Assembly (NCBI GenBank): GCA_001890965.1
Contig: MLAY01000008.1
Coordinates: 296,341 to 360,340 of the forward strand
Origin: a marine bacterium AO1-C
GTDB taxonomy: Bacteria > Bacteroidota > Bacteroidia > Cytophagales > Microscillaceae
Direction of reading: 5' to 3'
Length of the DNA stretch: 64,000 nucleotides
The notes under the pieces were generated by a model, which was given only the letters and a program-made list of their open reading frames with translations, was not told where the DNA came from and made no database searches. Numbering within the stretch: the first letter of the stretch is position 1; each line of letters opens with the position of its first letter. A program made the translations under genes and the position numbers. Positions 10,525 through 21,000 of this stretch are shown piece by piece.

Positions 10525-10773
10525 ATGAAATCATTGCAAAAATTCAAAAAGCAAGTACTCAATAACACAGAGCAAAGGTATATCAAAGGAGGGGATTCTT
10601 TTCAGGAATGTGGCAATATGGTATACTATCATGACAACTACCGTTGGCAATTTTCGGGCTGTTATCGAGTAATTCTAAGAAATGATGGATCAGCTATTTA
10701 CCAAGGTTTGACTCAGCATGGTATTATGACCCTTCATTGCCCACCAAAAAACCAATTAACTGCCCCTGATTGA
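10525..10773 (+). CDS. GG-leader peptide precursor (Bacteroidetes double-glycine type; RiPP or bacteriocin candidate)
   Basis: Leader MKSLQKFKKQVLNNTEQRYIKGG, then a 59-aa core with three Cys. It matches the MKK...L......IKGG pattern of GG-Bacteroidetes natural-product precursors. Confidence 0.7.
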   Translation: MKSLQKFKKQVLNNTEQRYIKGGDSFQECGNMVYYHDNYRWQFSGCYRVILRNDGSAIYQGLTQHGIMTLHCPPKNQLTAPD

Positions 10774-10831
10774 TTAAACACAGGGATCAAATTTATTAAA
10801 CAGTAAGTATACAACCCAATTTATATCTCTA

Positions 10832-11086
10832 ATGAAAAAACTTCAGAACTTCCAACATCTGACACTTTCCCAACAGGAGAAAAAGAGTATCCTAGGAGGA
10901 ACAACTTATACTCGCTATACCTGCAAAAGCGCAAACTCCAGGCTAAAACCATTTGGAATTATCGCAAGCAGTGAAGAAAATCTCGCTAAACAAATAGATC
11001 ATTTAAACGAGAATGGTGCTGACATTACATACTGTTCCGTTGTATCTAGTAGCAATTCTCTTGTTGGTTTAGATAGTCCAGGCTGA
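10832..11086 (+). CDS. GG-leader peptide precursor (paralog)
   Basis: Leader MKKLQNFQHLTLSQQEKKSILGG, then a 61-aa core with two Cys. A strong terminator follows. Confidence 0.65.
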   Translation: MKKLQNFQHLTLSQQEKKSILGGTTYTRYTCKSANSRLKPFGIIASSEENLAKQIDHLNENGADITYCSVVSSSNSLVGLDSPG

Positions 11087-11148
11087 TAAAACAAAGCGCT
11101 GTCCCATAATAATTTTTCAATAAAGGTTATTGTAAACAGTAGTACATA

Positions 11149-11184
11149 CCTGACAGGTTTCCAAAACCTGTCAGGATATCTTTT
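11149..11184 (+). terminator. rho-independent terminator after the second GG precursor
   Basis: Perfect 12-bp stem cctgacaggttt / aaacctgtcagg followed by atatctttt. Confidence 0.6.
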
Positions 11185-11195
11185 CAAGCCATTCT

Positions 11196-12611
11196 TTAAT
11201 CACAACTATCCGATTTCTCTAAAAACACCCTACTGCCACGATCAAACTGCTCTTCATAACGTTTGCGCATCTTTTTGATTTTTTCACAACTGACCTTATC
11301 CAGTAAAAAGTTATATACTTTGGAAATCTTCATTGGTCTACGTCGATAATCATTCGTGGCTTCATTGGTTTGCATATAGTCATAAAACAACGATTCATAA
11401 AAAGCGGTGATCTGCTGCTGCATTTTCGCTGGATAGAAGTCATAATTCTCATTGACTACTCGCTTTACCCTATATTCATTATCCCAGTAGCTTTCTACAT
11501 TCAACAGTTCGTTCAAATGCCTTTGTACCGCCTCATGATTGCCAATAAGTAGGAGAAATTCTACCGCACTTTTGACTCGCTTTACACGTGTACCCTGCAA
11601 AACCCGAATGCTTTTGGCTTCTATTTGTTCAATGTAACGTTTCTCGAGTTTCGTTTCAGTTTCATTATTCATCTTTATTCTTTCCAGAAAATAAGCAGTA
11701 GCCACATCCTCAAAGGTTCCTCCCCATTTACTCACCAAGGTAGCATCTAGCTTTTGTACTTCTTCTTTCTCCGATAACATCAGAAACAATTGAATATAAT
11801 TCGGTATCTGCTTTTTCATAAAGCCTCTGTTTGACTGCAGAAACTTACCCGCTTTTTCTTTGGCTAGCTTCTTCCAGTCTACATATTTATCTTTAATCTG
11901 ATTGATTCGTTTGGGGTTAAAATATGCCTCAGCCAATGCTCTATTGGGCCATTGGTCAAAAAAGGCAATGGTTTCCTGCTCGCTTAAGTTCTGTTGAGAA
12001 AAATACTGCACAAAGGCCTGGTCGGCTGGGGTTTGCACATTTCCTGAGATGATCCGTACTCGATTGTGAATTACGTCTTGTAAAAAGGAGACCTCGTTGG
12101 GCAAACTGGTCAAATCTGTTTGGCTGAGTGATTGTTGTTCATATTCTTTTCCATAAGGAGACTCATAATATAGTTTCCCTATTTTTTGCAAAATCACCTG
12201 CGTTTTGTCTTCATAAGCCGCTGCCAGATAATAATTGTTTGAGGTAGCTTTTAGCGTTACTTTATCTTCATATACTTCTAAATCTTCTTTGGCCTTGGCG
12301 GGTAAGGTTTGCACCAAATATTCTTCTCCTTCAATCTCTACTTCCACCACTACCCGATAAGAGGATGATGTCTTGGATACATCAAACAATTTTCGGCTGT
12401 TGCGTCGATAACGAGTTGTTTTTTTGAGCGCAGCTCTAATAGTTACAGGAACGCCATTCACTTTTATTTTTTTGGAATCAGTTTTAACCACTCGGGTAAG
12501 GCTACAGCTCCTTTGGCAGCTTCCCAATACTAAGAGTGTCAAAAAAGTAAGCCAGGAATACGCCCGAAAGCGGGGTAGATGGGTTTTGATAAATTGTAGA
12601 TTTATATTCAT
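11196..12611 (-). CDS. hypothetical lipoprotein
   Basis: 471 aa. N-terminal signal with a lipobox-like LVLGSCQ. No recognisable catalytic motifs. Confidence 0.55.
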   Translation of the reverse strand: MNINLQFIKTHLPRFRAYSWLTFLTLLVLGSCQRSCSLTRVVKTDSKKIKVNGVPVTIRAALKKTTRYRRNSRKLFDVSKTSSSYRVVVEVEIEGEEYLVQTLPAKAKEDLEVYEDKVTLKATSNNYYLAAAYEDKTQVILQKIGKLYYESPYGKEYEQQSLSQTDLTSLPNEVSFLQDVIHNRVRIISGNVQTPADQAFVQYFSQQNLSEQETIAFFDQWPNRALAEAYFNPKRINQIKDKYVDWKKLAKEKAGKFLQSNRGFMKKQIPNYIQLFLMLSEKEEVQKLDATLVSKWGGTFEDVATAYFLERIKMNNETETKLEKRYIEQIEAKSIRVLQGTRVKRVKSAVEFLLLIGNHEAVQRHLNELLNVESYWDNEYRVKRVVNENYDFYPAKMQQQITAFYESLFYDYMQTNEATNDYRRRPMKISKVYNFLLDKVSCEKIKKMRKRYEEQFDRGSRVFLEKSDSCD

Positions 12612-12840
12612 AATTATTGATAGTTAAGGAAATGGTATGTAGGTATTTAGAGAGACACTAGACCTTCTTAGATATAGCTAGAGGCTATTATTGGGTATTT
12701 CACACAACAAATTGACCGATTTGACCAGTATTTTGGGCAAAAATTCTAAAGCTTTTTTCTGTCAACCCTCTACTTTTGAAGCATTTAAGTCAGCAAGATA
12801 TTTCGCTACTTGAAAGTAAGTTAACCCTAATTTTATTTTT

Positions 12841-13026
12841 ATGAAAAAGTTAAAAAAATTATCATTAAACAAAGTTGTGATCTCTAAACTAGATGCTACA
12901 AAAGTTACTGGCGGAACTGCTGGATCTGGGGTAAGCAACCCTCCTTGGTGTCCTGATGCAAGTTTAGGATGTGATACGGCTGACCCAAAGCCCGCACTAA
13001 CACTAAAAGGTTGTCAAAATAATTAG
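12841..13026 (+). CDS. GG-leader peptide precursor (near-consensus GG-Bacteroidetes leader)
   Basis: Leader MKKLKKLSLNKVVISKLDATKVTGG, then core TAGSGVSNPPWCPDASLGCDTADPKPALTLKGCQNN (three Cys, Pro/Gly-rich). A hairpin lies downstream. Confidence 0.75.
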   Translation: MKKLKKLSLNKVVISKLDATKVTGGTAGSGVSNPPWCPDASLGCDTADPKPALTLKGCQNN

Positions 13027-13270
13027 CATACCTGATTCAGTTTTTTAATTAACACTGAATCACCTATTCCTATTTGAAAGGCTGTCTCGTTAAGAATTGT
13101 TAATTGATTCAAAACTACTACGAGATAGTCTTTTTACTATTTCATCCGCACTAGTTTCAGACTACCTAATCTTTAGATAATTTTCACCTAATTTATCCCG
13201 CCTCAATACGTATAGCTGAGACTAACCATCTATATGTATTTATCTTCCTGATTTTCCCTACCTTTATCAT

Positions 13271-14464
13271 ATGAACGACTCCTACTTCCAACAACTCAAT
13301 CAAACCCTCCGATCTTATAAAAGAGCCATTCCATCTTTGATGATCGATTTGGATCGGCTAGACCATAACCTGGCTACACTCCAAAGTATGATCACTCCTG
13401 ACACAAATTTTAGAATTGTGGTGAAGTCGTTGCCCTCTATTCCTTTACTAGATTATGTAATGGAAAAATCGAAAACAAACCGATTAATGGTGTTTCATCA
13501 ACCATTTTTGTCTACCCTGGCCCAGCATTATGGTAGCAAAATAGATATTTTGTTGGGTAAACCTATGCCTGTGCAAACCATCCGCTATTTTTACGAAACG
13601 TTGGACAAACAAAGTAATTTCCAACCTCCACAACAATTGCAGTGGCTCATAGACACCAAAGCACGGTTGCATCAATACCTTGAACTGGCCAAAACACTCA
13701 ATCAAAAGCTACTGATTAATGTAGAAATAGACATTGGGCTACATCGGGGAGGCCTGGGTAAACTGGAAGCTTTGCGAACTGTATTACAGGCAATCGCTGA
13801 CAATCCTGAGCACCTCACGTTTACGGGTTTTATGGGGTATGACCCTCATATTGCGGCCCTACCCAAAGCCTTACGTTCTCCTAAAAAATCGTTTCGTCTG
13901 GCCAATGATTTTTACAAAAGCTGTATCGCCTTGGTACAACAGGACTTTCCTGAACTTTGGAACAAAAACCTTACTTTCAATGGAGCGGGAAGCCCTACCC
14001 TGGCCTTCCATCAAACCGATGCATCGGCTCCCAATGAGGTAGCTGCAGGCTCAGGATTGGTTAAGCCTACTCATTTTGACATTCCCACCCTCAAGGACTT
14101 CAAACCCGCTTGTTTTATTGCCACCCCTATCCTCAAAAAAATGCAGGGAACTACACTCCCTATGCTCGAGAAATTCAAGGGGGTAATGAATGTATTTAAG
14201 CCCGCATTTAAGCAATCTTATTTTATCTATGGAGGGTATTGGAAAGCCGATTATTGCTACCCACCTAAAACTTCAGTGAATACCATCTTTGGGGCTTCTA
14301 CCAACCAATCTATGGTAAACACTTCGGCTAAGGTAGCATTGGAAGTAGACGATTTTATCTTTTTGCGCCCCTCTCAAAGCGAGTTTGTGTTTTTACAGTT
14401 TGGAGATATGCTTGCGTTTAGAGATGGAAAGGTGGTGGAAGAGTGGGAAGTTCTCAAAAACTGA
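13271..14464 (+). CDS. type III PLP-fold enzyme, alanine racemase N-terminal domain family (DSD1 / D-threonine aldolase-like)
   Basis: 397 aa. The N-terminal pattern PSLMIDLDRLDHNL....FRIVVKSLP resembles the P.L.IDLD.L..N...LRPH.KTHK signature, with the candidate PLP lysine in VVKS. Confidence 0.55.
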   Translation: MNDSYFQQLNQTLRSYKRAIPSLMIDLDRLDHNLATLQSMITPDTNFRIVVKSLPSIPLLDYVMEKSKTNRLMVFHQPFLSTLAQHYGSKIDILLGKPMPVQTIRYFYETLDKQSNFQPPQQLQWLIDTKARLHQYLELAKTLNQKLLINVEIDIGLHRGGLGKLEALRTVLQAIADNPEHLTFTGFMGYDPHIAALPKALRSPKKSFRLANDFYKSCIALVQQDFPELWNKNLTFNGAGSPTLAFHQTDASAPNEVAAGSGLVKPTHFDIPTLKDFKPACFIATPILKKMQGTTLPMLEKFKGVMNVFKPAFKQSYFIYGGYWKADYCYPPKTSVNTIFGASTNQSMVNTSAKVALEVDDFIFLRPSQSEFVFLQFGDMLAFRDGKVVEEWEVLKN

Positions 14465-14616
14465 ATCTACCACTGCTTCTCTTACCTAAATGCAAGCATT
14501 CTATATGCCCTGGGAAATTCAGATTTGGGTTATTCCTGAAATCTCGTATCATTTCCCCTGTTAACCTTTCTTCCCCCTCCCCTATCAATTTATAAAACCT
14601 AAACTCATCAAAACTT

Positions 14617-15258
14617 ATGAAACATTTAATTTGGTGTTTGGCGTGTGTCTGCTTTTTGGGCGCTTGCCAAAATCTCGACAATTTATTGAATGAAAATGTC
14701 CCTTTGGGTGATCCCATTACGGCTACCTCTGGCACCGATACTACTGGTAATACCACTACTTATTTTGTAGAGCTCAATCGTTTGCCTTTGCATATTCAAC
14801 GTTTTCAGGAGGTACAACAAAGCGTAGCCACTACCCCTCAAGGAGGTGCTGCTATGTTTATTATGGCCCTGAATGTATACCAGCAATACAATCGTGAAGG
14901 AGTTAAAGCATTGGTAACTTCAGCTACGGGTCCTGCACTCAAATCTGATAGTGGCGATGAAAGCTACAACGGCTTTGCGTTACTTAGCCAGGAAATGTCA
15001 CTCATTAAAGTGCAACTACAGGATCATCCTGAACTTACCAAGGCTTATTATAAGGGGGCTACCCCTACCAATGGTTACCAGCCATCTACGCCGTTCCGCC
15101 TGGAGTTTACCAATTTGCAAGACGTAACTGGAACCAATCGTAAAAAGTTATTCGTGATTACCGCTGGGGCAGCTTCTCCGCGCCCCATTACCGTAGCTCC
15201 CGAAGGAAACATCTGGAAAGTTACCGAGTATAGTAGTGTGTTGGTAGGTGTGCAATAG
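14617..15258 (+). CDS. hypothetical lipoprotein
   Basis: 213 aa. Signal peptide with lipobox FLGAC. Confidence 0.55.
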   Translation: MKHLIWCLACVCFLGACQNLDNLLNENVPLGDPITATSGTDTTGNTTTYFVELNRLPLHIQRFQEVQQSVATTPQGGAAMFIMALNVYQQYNREGVKALVTSATGPALKSDSGDESYNGFALLSQEMSLIKVQLQDHPELTKAYYKGATPTNGYQPSTPFRLEFTNLQDVTGTNRKKLFVITAGAASPRPITVAPEGNIWKVTEYSSVLVGVQ

Positions 15259-15614
15259 CCCAATGTCATTAAGCTAAGTGGTTTTATTAGAAAAATGAAT
15301 ATTGAATATCGACCAACGAGTTTCGAATAATGAAGGTAAAACCTTGATTGATTCTTTGTATTAGGGTGTCAACGCCTTTCTTAAACCAAACATAGAGAAC
15401 TCACCACAGATAATCTTGATCAGCATTCTTTTTACTAACAAAACGACATTGGGCAATTGCCAGACTAATGTGATGCTTTCTGCTCTCCAAAAACAGATAA
15501 CTTAACTCATAGACAACACTGCTCGTTATGTTTTTATATAATAAAGTGCAAATCCAGTTTAAGTTTAAAAAACACTGATTGAAACTGTATAAAAACCTCG
15601 AATGACCTTGTCTA

Positions 15615-16565
15615 ATGAAATATCTCACGCTGTTATTAATTTTTTCTAATTGTTGGTTTGCCAAAGCCCAAACGGTAGAAACTGACCTTCAGAAAATGGG
15701 ACTCAAACATTTGGTAAAAAAAGTAACTGATAGCATTGTATATACCAAAAAAGGAGGGGCATATCAAATAAACCATGAACATTACGTCTTTGATCGTCAC
15801 GGTTTTATGACAGAAAAACAGTTAGATGCTAAGTGGGCTATACAAAAATTTACCCCTAAGTACTTTAACGGGAAAATCATTGAGAACAGAAAAACAGGCT
15901 ATCGTTATAACAAACAAGGCAAAGTAAAGCTAGAGTATTCGATCAATGCCAATGGTAAGATGTCTTCTAAAAGCACTTATGAATATGATGTCAAAGGAAG
16001 GCTCATCAAGCAGAAATCTTATATTTATGAAGGAGGAACAACTGTTTTTCACCCAGAAACTGATGAATACGAGTTTATTTATGACAGCAAAAGTCGTGTC
16101 ATCCAGGTAAATCATTCAGAGTCGTCTCATCCTTATAAATTGATTATTTACGACGATAAAGCGCGAACCAAAACTACCAAAATATTTAGATTAGGCGATC
16201 GTCTTTATATAATGGAAGTGATTCAATACGACCAAAAAGGGAACCCTGTAAAAGAGACGCTGAAAAACTATACTAATTCAGAGGATGCCTCTATCATCTT
16301 AAAGAAATATGATGCTTACAACAATTTAATCGAGAAACAATATTATGCCTCTGCTGCTTACCCCAAGCCTTATGGTATCATTAATTACAAGTATGATCAA
16401 CACCAGCAACTTATTGAGCATATCGAGTTCAACTACAAGCAAGAAATAATTACTAAAGATCAATACAAGTACGACAATTATAACAACTGGATACAAAAGA
16501 TCGCTTATTGGAAAGATCGATATCAAAAAACTATCTACCGAACTATTGAATATTTTGATAAATAA
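15615..16565 (+). CDS. small secreted YD-repeat (Rhs-like repeat) protein
   Basis: 316 aa with a signal peptide. It carries repeated Y.YD..G.L motifs (YEYDVKGRLIKQ, YKYDQHQQLIEH, KYDAYNNLIEKQ, QYDQKGNPVKE, YKYDNYNNWIQK) and no C-terminal toxin domain. Confidence 0.55.
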   Translation: MKYLTLLLIFSNCWFAKAQTVETDLQKMGLKHLVKKVTDSIVYTKKGGAYQINHEHYVFDRHGFMTEKQLDAKWAIQKFTPKYFNGKIIENRKTGYRYNKQGKVKLEYSINANGKMSSKSTYEYDVKGRLIKQKSYIYEGGTTVFHPETDEYEFIYDSKSRVIQVNHSESSHPYKLIIYDDKARTKTTKIFRLGDRLYIMEVIQYDQKGNPVKETLKNYTNSEDASIILKKYDAYNNLIEKQYYASAAYPKPYGIINYKYDQHQQLIEHIEFNYKQEIITKDQYKYDNYNNWIQKIAYWKDRYQKTIYRTIEYFDK

Positions 16566-16583
16566 GACAAGTCTTGGAATCAG

Positions 16584-17640
16584 CACGTCGTGAGACAGTT
16601 CGGTTCCACACGTGTGTAGCCACAGGCGTTGCGACTACGGGGCATCGCTCCCTCATATCCACAATAACAGCATTGATCCTTCCTCAGAATGAACGCCCAA
16701 AGCGCCGTAACTAACGACATTCTTATTTAATCTGGGTAGTTTGACTGGGGCAGCTGCTTGCCAGCGGGAGGTTTGGCACCTAGATGTCGGCTCGTGCCGT
16801 GAGCAAAATGGTTAAACACCAAGGCTTAGGCTGTTTGCTCATTAAAATGTCTGGCTTTCTGGATAAACACCCTCGGAAAAGTCGAAGCAAACAAGGCTTT
16901 TCAATGAATATTTATGGTCTAAACCTGTTGTTTTGAGAAGCTCGTTTATCAATCCCCTTGAAAGAATTGATGGGGACTCACCCAAGGTATTTTTCATCCA
17001 CAAAACAGTAAAATAGCCACATTTTTAGAGTCGTTTTTACGAATCAGATGAGGAAATTATGCAGTAATTATCACACACCATAAAAACACCTCTAAATACC
17101 TGATATTTTTGATCATTTCAAGGTTACTTTTTTAGCAACATCTGGTTACTTTAATCGCTGCACTTTAAGTTTACCCCAAACTACTATTTTCGCACTTAAG
17201 GGTATTCTTAACGTACTTTTCGGTTTAACTTTCATCATCAAAAACCAAGGTTTTCAATAGGTTTTCTGGGAAATCAACATGTCACTTTAGAGGTAGCATT
17301 TCATATATACCCAAAACCTCTAATTTAGCCCCAAACATCACCTGTTTGTACCCTAAAACAAGTCCTATTTACAGTTTTTTCCACCTTAAAATCGTGGGAG
17401 TTGACAAGGGTCTACATTACTGCATAAATTGTAGGTTTTTAGAGTAACATATCCCTATAAAAACTATAGTTTTTGGGTCAAATTGTAATACCAATGTCGG
17501 TGGCTCATATACTGGTCCCAGTGATAAGGTTTGGTAGACATTTTAAGCACTATAACGGGACTAAGGTAGCAAAATTCTTTGTTGGGTGGTTTGTTTTCTT
17601 AAAAGCGAAGTGCTCTACTAACTGAGTTTGTGAGATTATA
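16584..17640 (+). pseudogene. degenerate, rearranged 23S rRNA-like relic (fragments of domains IV-VI)
   Basis: ORF-free. Segments at about 65-80 percent identity to universally conserved 23S motifs: cacgtcgtgagacagttcgg (cf. AACGUCGUGAGACAGUUCGG); ggtagtttgactgggg; gtttggcacctagatgtcggctc (cf. GUUUGGCACCUCGAUGUCGGCUC); caaggcttaggctgtttgctcattaaaatg (cf. CAAGGGUAUGGCUGUUCGCCAUUUAAAG); and, further downstream, atgtcggtggctcatatactggtccc and cactataacgggactaaggtagcaaaattctttgttggg (cf. ACUAUAACGGUCCUAAGGUAGCGAAAUUCCUUGUCGGG). The order is scrambled and large spans are missing. Confidence 0.5.
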
Positions 17641-17765
17641 GGGTAAGTAATTACCAAATTCGTTATTTGAGTCACACACCTTTGACCTTCCCCTTACCAA
17701 ACAACCGCTCTGGCAACTGTATTCTGAAGATCACGGAGTGTTTTTTCAGTAAATACAGTTGGTAA

Positions 17766-17812
17766 GCATCCCTGATTGTCACGCAAGAGGTCGCGGGTTC
17801 GTATCCCGTATA
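17766..17812 (+). pseudogene. tRNA-like 3' fragment (anticodon loop ttGTCac plus T-arm), probable tRNA-Asp relic
   Basis: Canonical T-arm ggtcgcgggttcgtatcccgt preceded by variable loop aggtc and anticodon loop T-T-GTC-A-C. The D-arm is weak and the acceptor stem does not pair, so it is not a functional tRNA. Confidence 0.35.
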
Positions 17813-18000
17813 TTTTTGTTTTATTAATTACTGGAATGATGAGGTATCACACAGAACAGTTTTCATCTGTAATTTATCACCTTCAGTTATTTTTTTACGT
17901 AAGTTAAATTCTATGGTAGATTGCATTACATAATAGTGATGAACAAACTACTTCTCATAAACATACATAGTGATATTTCAAACCCAAAAACCGCCAACCG

Positions 18001-21000
18001 ATGAAAACCTTTTTTAATGCGAACAGTGACCCTGATTTTCAGAAAAAACTAACTACCTATTACCAGAAACATACCCCCGAAAAGATCTACTTACATACCG
18101 ATAAACCTTTTTATGCCCCAGAAGAATATATTTGGTTTAGTGGGTATCTGCTAGGCGAAAAAGATACTCTCCCTGAAGATTTAAGCAGTATTGTTCATGT
18201 AGAGTTATTTGATCCCAAAGAGAGTAGCTTGGGCGAATTAAAGTTGCCCGTAATCAATGGCAAATTTCACGGCGATTTTTACTTAAATCGTAGAGCAGTT
18301 GGAGGCCTGTACAAGATCAAAGCATATACTCGATGGATAGCAGGTGCTCTGGAAACAAGTTTTGAAAAAACCTTACAGGTACAAACGGTTATTAAGCCCC
18401 GTTTATTACTTACCCTTGACTTTGACCGTGAGGCTTATGGTAGTGGTGATGAAGTAACTGCCCAATTAAAAGCCCGTGATTTGCGAGATAAGCCTATAGC
18501 GGTACGCAAGATTGACTATACCCTACATTTGGGTGGAAAAGTACATAGTAGCCACGAAACAACTACCGATGGCAAAGGAGAAGCTCAGATTAAGGTTAAA
18601 CTCCCCGAAAACCTTTCAAACAATGATGGTCTGTTGACCTTATTCTTCGAACATCAAGGTGTATCAGAATCCATATCACGCGCTGTACCTATTGTACTCA
18701 ATAACATCACTTTAGATTTTTTCCCGGAAGGAGGCTACTGGATCGCAGGTGTGTCAGGTAAAATGGCATTTAAAGCTTTGAACGAATTTGGCAAACCTGC
18801 CGATATCGAAGGAATAGTTGTCAACGAAAGTGGTAAAGAAATAACTCAATTTAAGAGTTTTCATCAAGGAATGGGGGCATTTGAGATGCAGCCAGTAGTG
18901 AATGAACATTACCAGGTAAAAATTACCAAGCCTAGTGGTATCGATACCCAATATACGTTGCCCGAAGCAACAAGTGACGAGTATGGCCTGAGCGCAGAAC
19001 AACTTACCCCAGATCAACTCAAAATCAATGTATTTAACCCCACAAACCATGCGGCTTATTTAGTAGTACAAAGCGGGCACAAAGTAATGCATTCTGAAAA
19101 AATAAAAACAATCAAAGGCCTCAGCAGTCAAACAATCTCTACCAATCATTTCCCAATTGGAATTAGCAGAATAAGCCTATTTGACGCTAAACGTAGAATC
19201 CGTTGTGAGCGATTGGTATTTGTGAACCCTCATAAACAATTGAAGGTTGTGATGCAGGCCAGACAGCGTAATTATCAGCCTCGTCAAAAAGTAGAAGTAG
19301 ACATATTGACCACCAATGAGCAAGGTACGCCCGTAGCCGCTAATTTATCCTTGGCTGTAGTTGATGACAAGATATTCACGCTTGCCAATGACAAACAAGA
19401 TAATATTTTATCAGGCTTATTGATGAGTGCCGAACTCAAAGGTAAGGTGCACGAGCCTAACTTTTATTTCCAACCAGATGAACCCAAAGCTACGCCTGCC
19501 CTTGACTACGTAATGCTGACCCATGGCTGGCGTAAATATCAATGGGACATCGTGATGGCCCATTCAGTAGCAACTCATACTAACAAATGGAAACAAAAAG
19601 TAGTAAAAGGGCAAGTAGTATACAAAGAAGGCAAACCTAAGCCTGTAAAGGCTAAAGTTGTTTTGTTTGAATTGGGAGGAGCCTATCGTAAACTGGAAAC
19701 AGTTACAGGTAAAGACGGTAAGTTTATATTTGAAAATATACCTACCAACATTCCTGTACAACTATTTGCCCAAAAACAAGGAACTAGTGCCAAACTCTGC
19801 AAAATTGAACTGGATAATCACGGTCGCTCTGAGTCTTCTTCAGATTTTGATATTTACTATTCTCAAATCGAAATGGAACGACTAAAAAAGATGAAACCGT
19901 CAGAGCAGCAGTTTTATAAAGCATCACGTGTCGCCAAAAGTATAGGTTCTCGTGCATTATCGTTAGGAGAGTTTGACTTTTCTTCCACATTCGCAGAATT
20001 TGACAAATTTGAAGAACGAATCTTGGAAGCAGAAAAATCAAATGAACTTACATTTTTTGATGACAGTTGGCCAGAGGCGCTACTGGAAACTGAGGAAGAA
20101 CCTTTTGATGTAGACAAGGATATCGAAAAATTGAGAAGGTGGTTAAATGAAGGCGTCAAGCCTTATTTTACCAATCAGAACCCTACACAATCGAAAAAGA
20201 AACGCCCTCACTTTATTAATTATAGTATCAACAACCGTAGTGACTTGACAGAAGAGGTGTTGTTTTATTTAGATCTTGATAAAATTGAATCACTAAAGTT
20301 ATACTACGATTATAAACTTAATATTAATACCTCTGAAACAATCTCAAGTGAGATCAAGCCTAAGCGCTCACCATTAATGGGTAAATTCTTAAATTCAATT
20401 CAGTACTCAGAAGTCAATGTATACCGCCCAAAAGTATATGATACCAAGGACCAATCACCTGAGGTACGCACTGACTTTCACAATACTATTTACTGGAACC
20501 CTAAAGTGCAAACCAACCAGGAAGGAGAAGCAACTCTTACATTCTGGAACAATGACTCCCTGACTACTTTTAGGGTAGTAGCTGAGGGCTTGGGGCAAAA
20601 CAACCAACTAGGGCGCGCCGAATGTACTTACTTTACAAAATTGCCTTTTGAGCTAACAGCCAAGATTCCTCCTTACTTTTTGGTAAATGACCACTTAGAA
20701 CTCCCCATTTATCTTACCAACAATACCACTGAGGTTGTTGAAGGTAACTTAAGCCTGGTTACTCCCAATGCTATTCGCTTTGAGCAAACCTCGCTCAGTA
20801 TACAGCTTCCTCCCCAAACTACTCAAACCGTTTATTTCAAAGGTGTAGCACTCAATGCATTAAGTGTCGGTAAACAAGAGAAGTTATCGGTGAAGTTTAC
20901 TAATCCCTTATACAATGAGAGCTATAGTCAACCAATCAAAATATTAGACAAAGGATTTCCTGCAGAACTTGCCTATTCGGGCAATCAACCCAACAACCAG

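Noticed and set aside
15401-15664. Minus-strand 87-aa ORF overlapping the start of the YD-repeat gene
   Set aside because: It overlaps the signal-peptide-encoding start of a better-supported plus-strand gene and has no motifs.
17766-17812. A possible functional tRNA
   Set aside because: The T-arm, variable loop and anticodon loop are present, but the acceptor stem cannot be paired and the D-arm is weak. It is called a relic only.
16566-18000. A possible functional (short) rRNA gene or rRNA operon
   Set aside because: Only short, out-of-order, roughly 65-80 percent matching segments are present. No contiguous rRNA domain, no 16S or 5S, and no flanking intact tRNAs.
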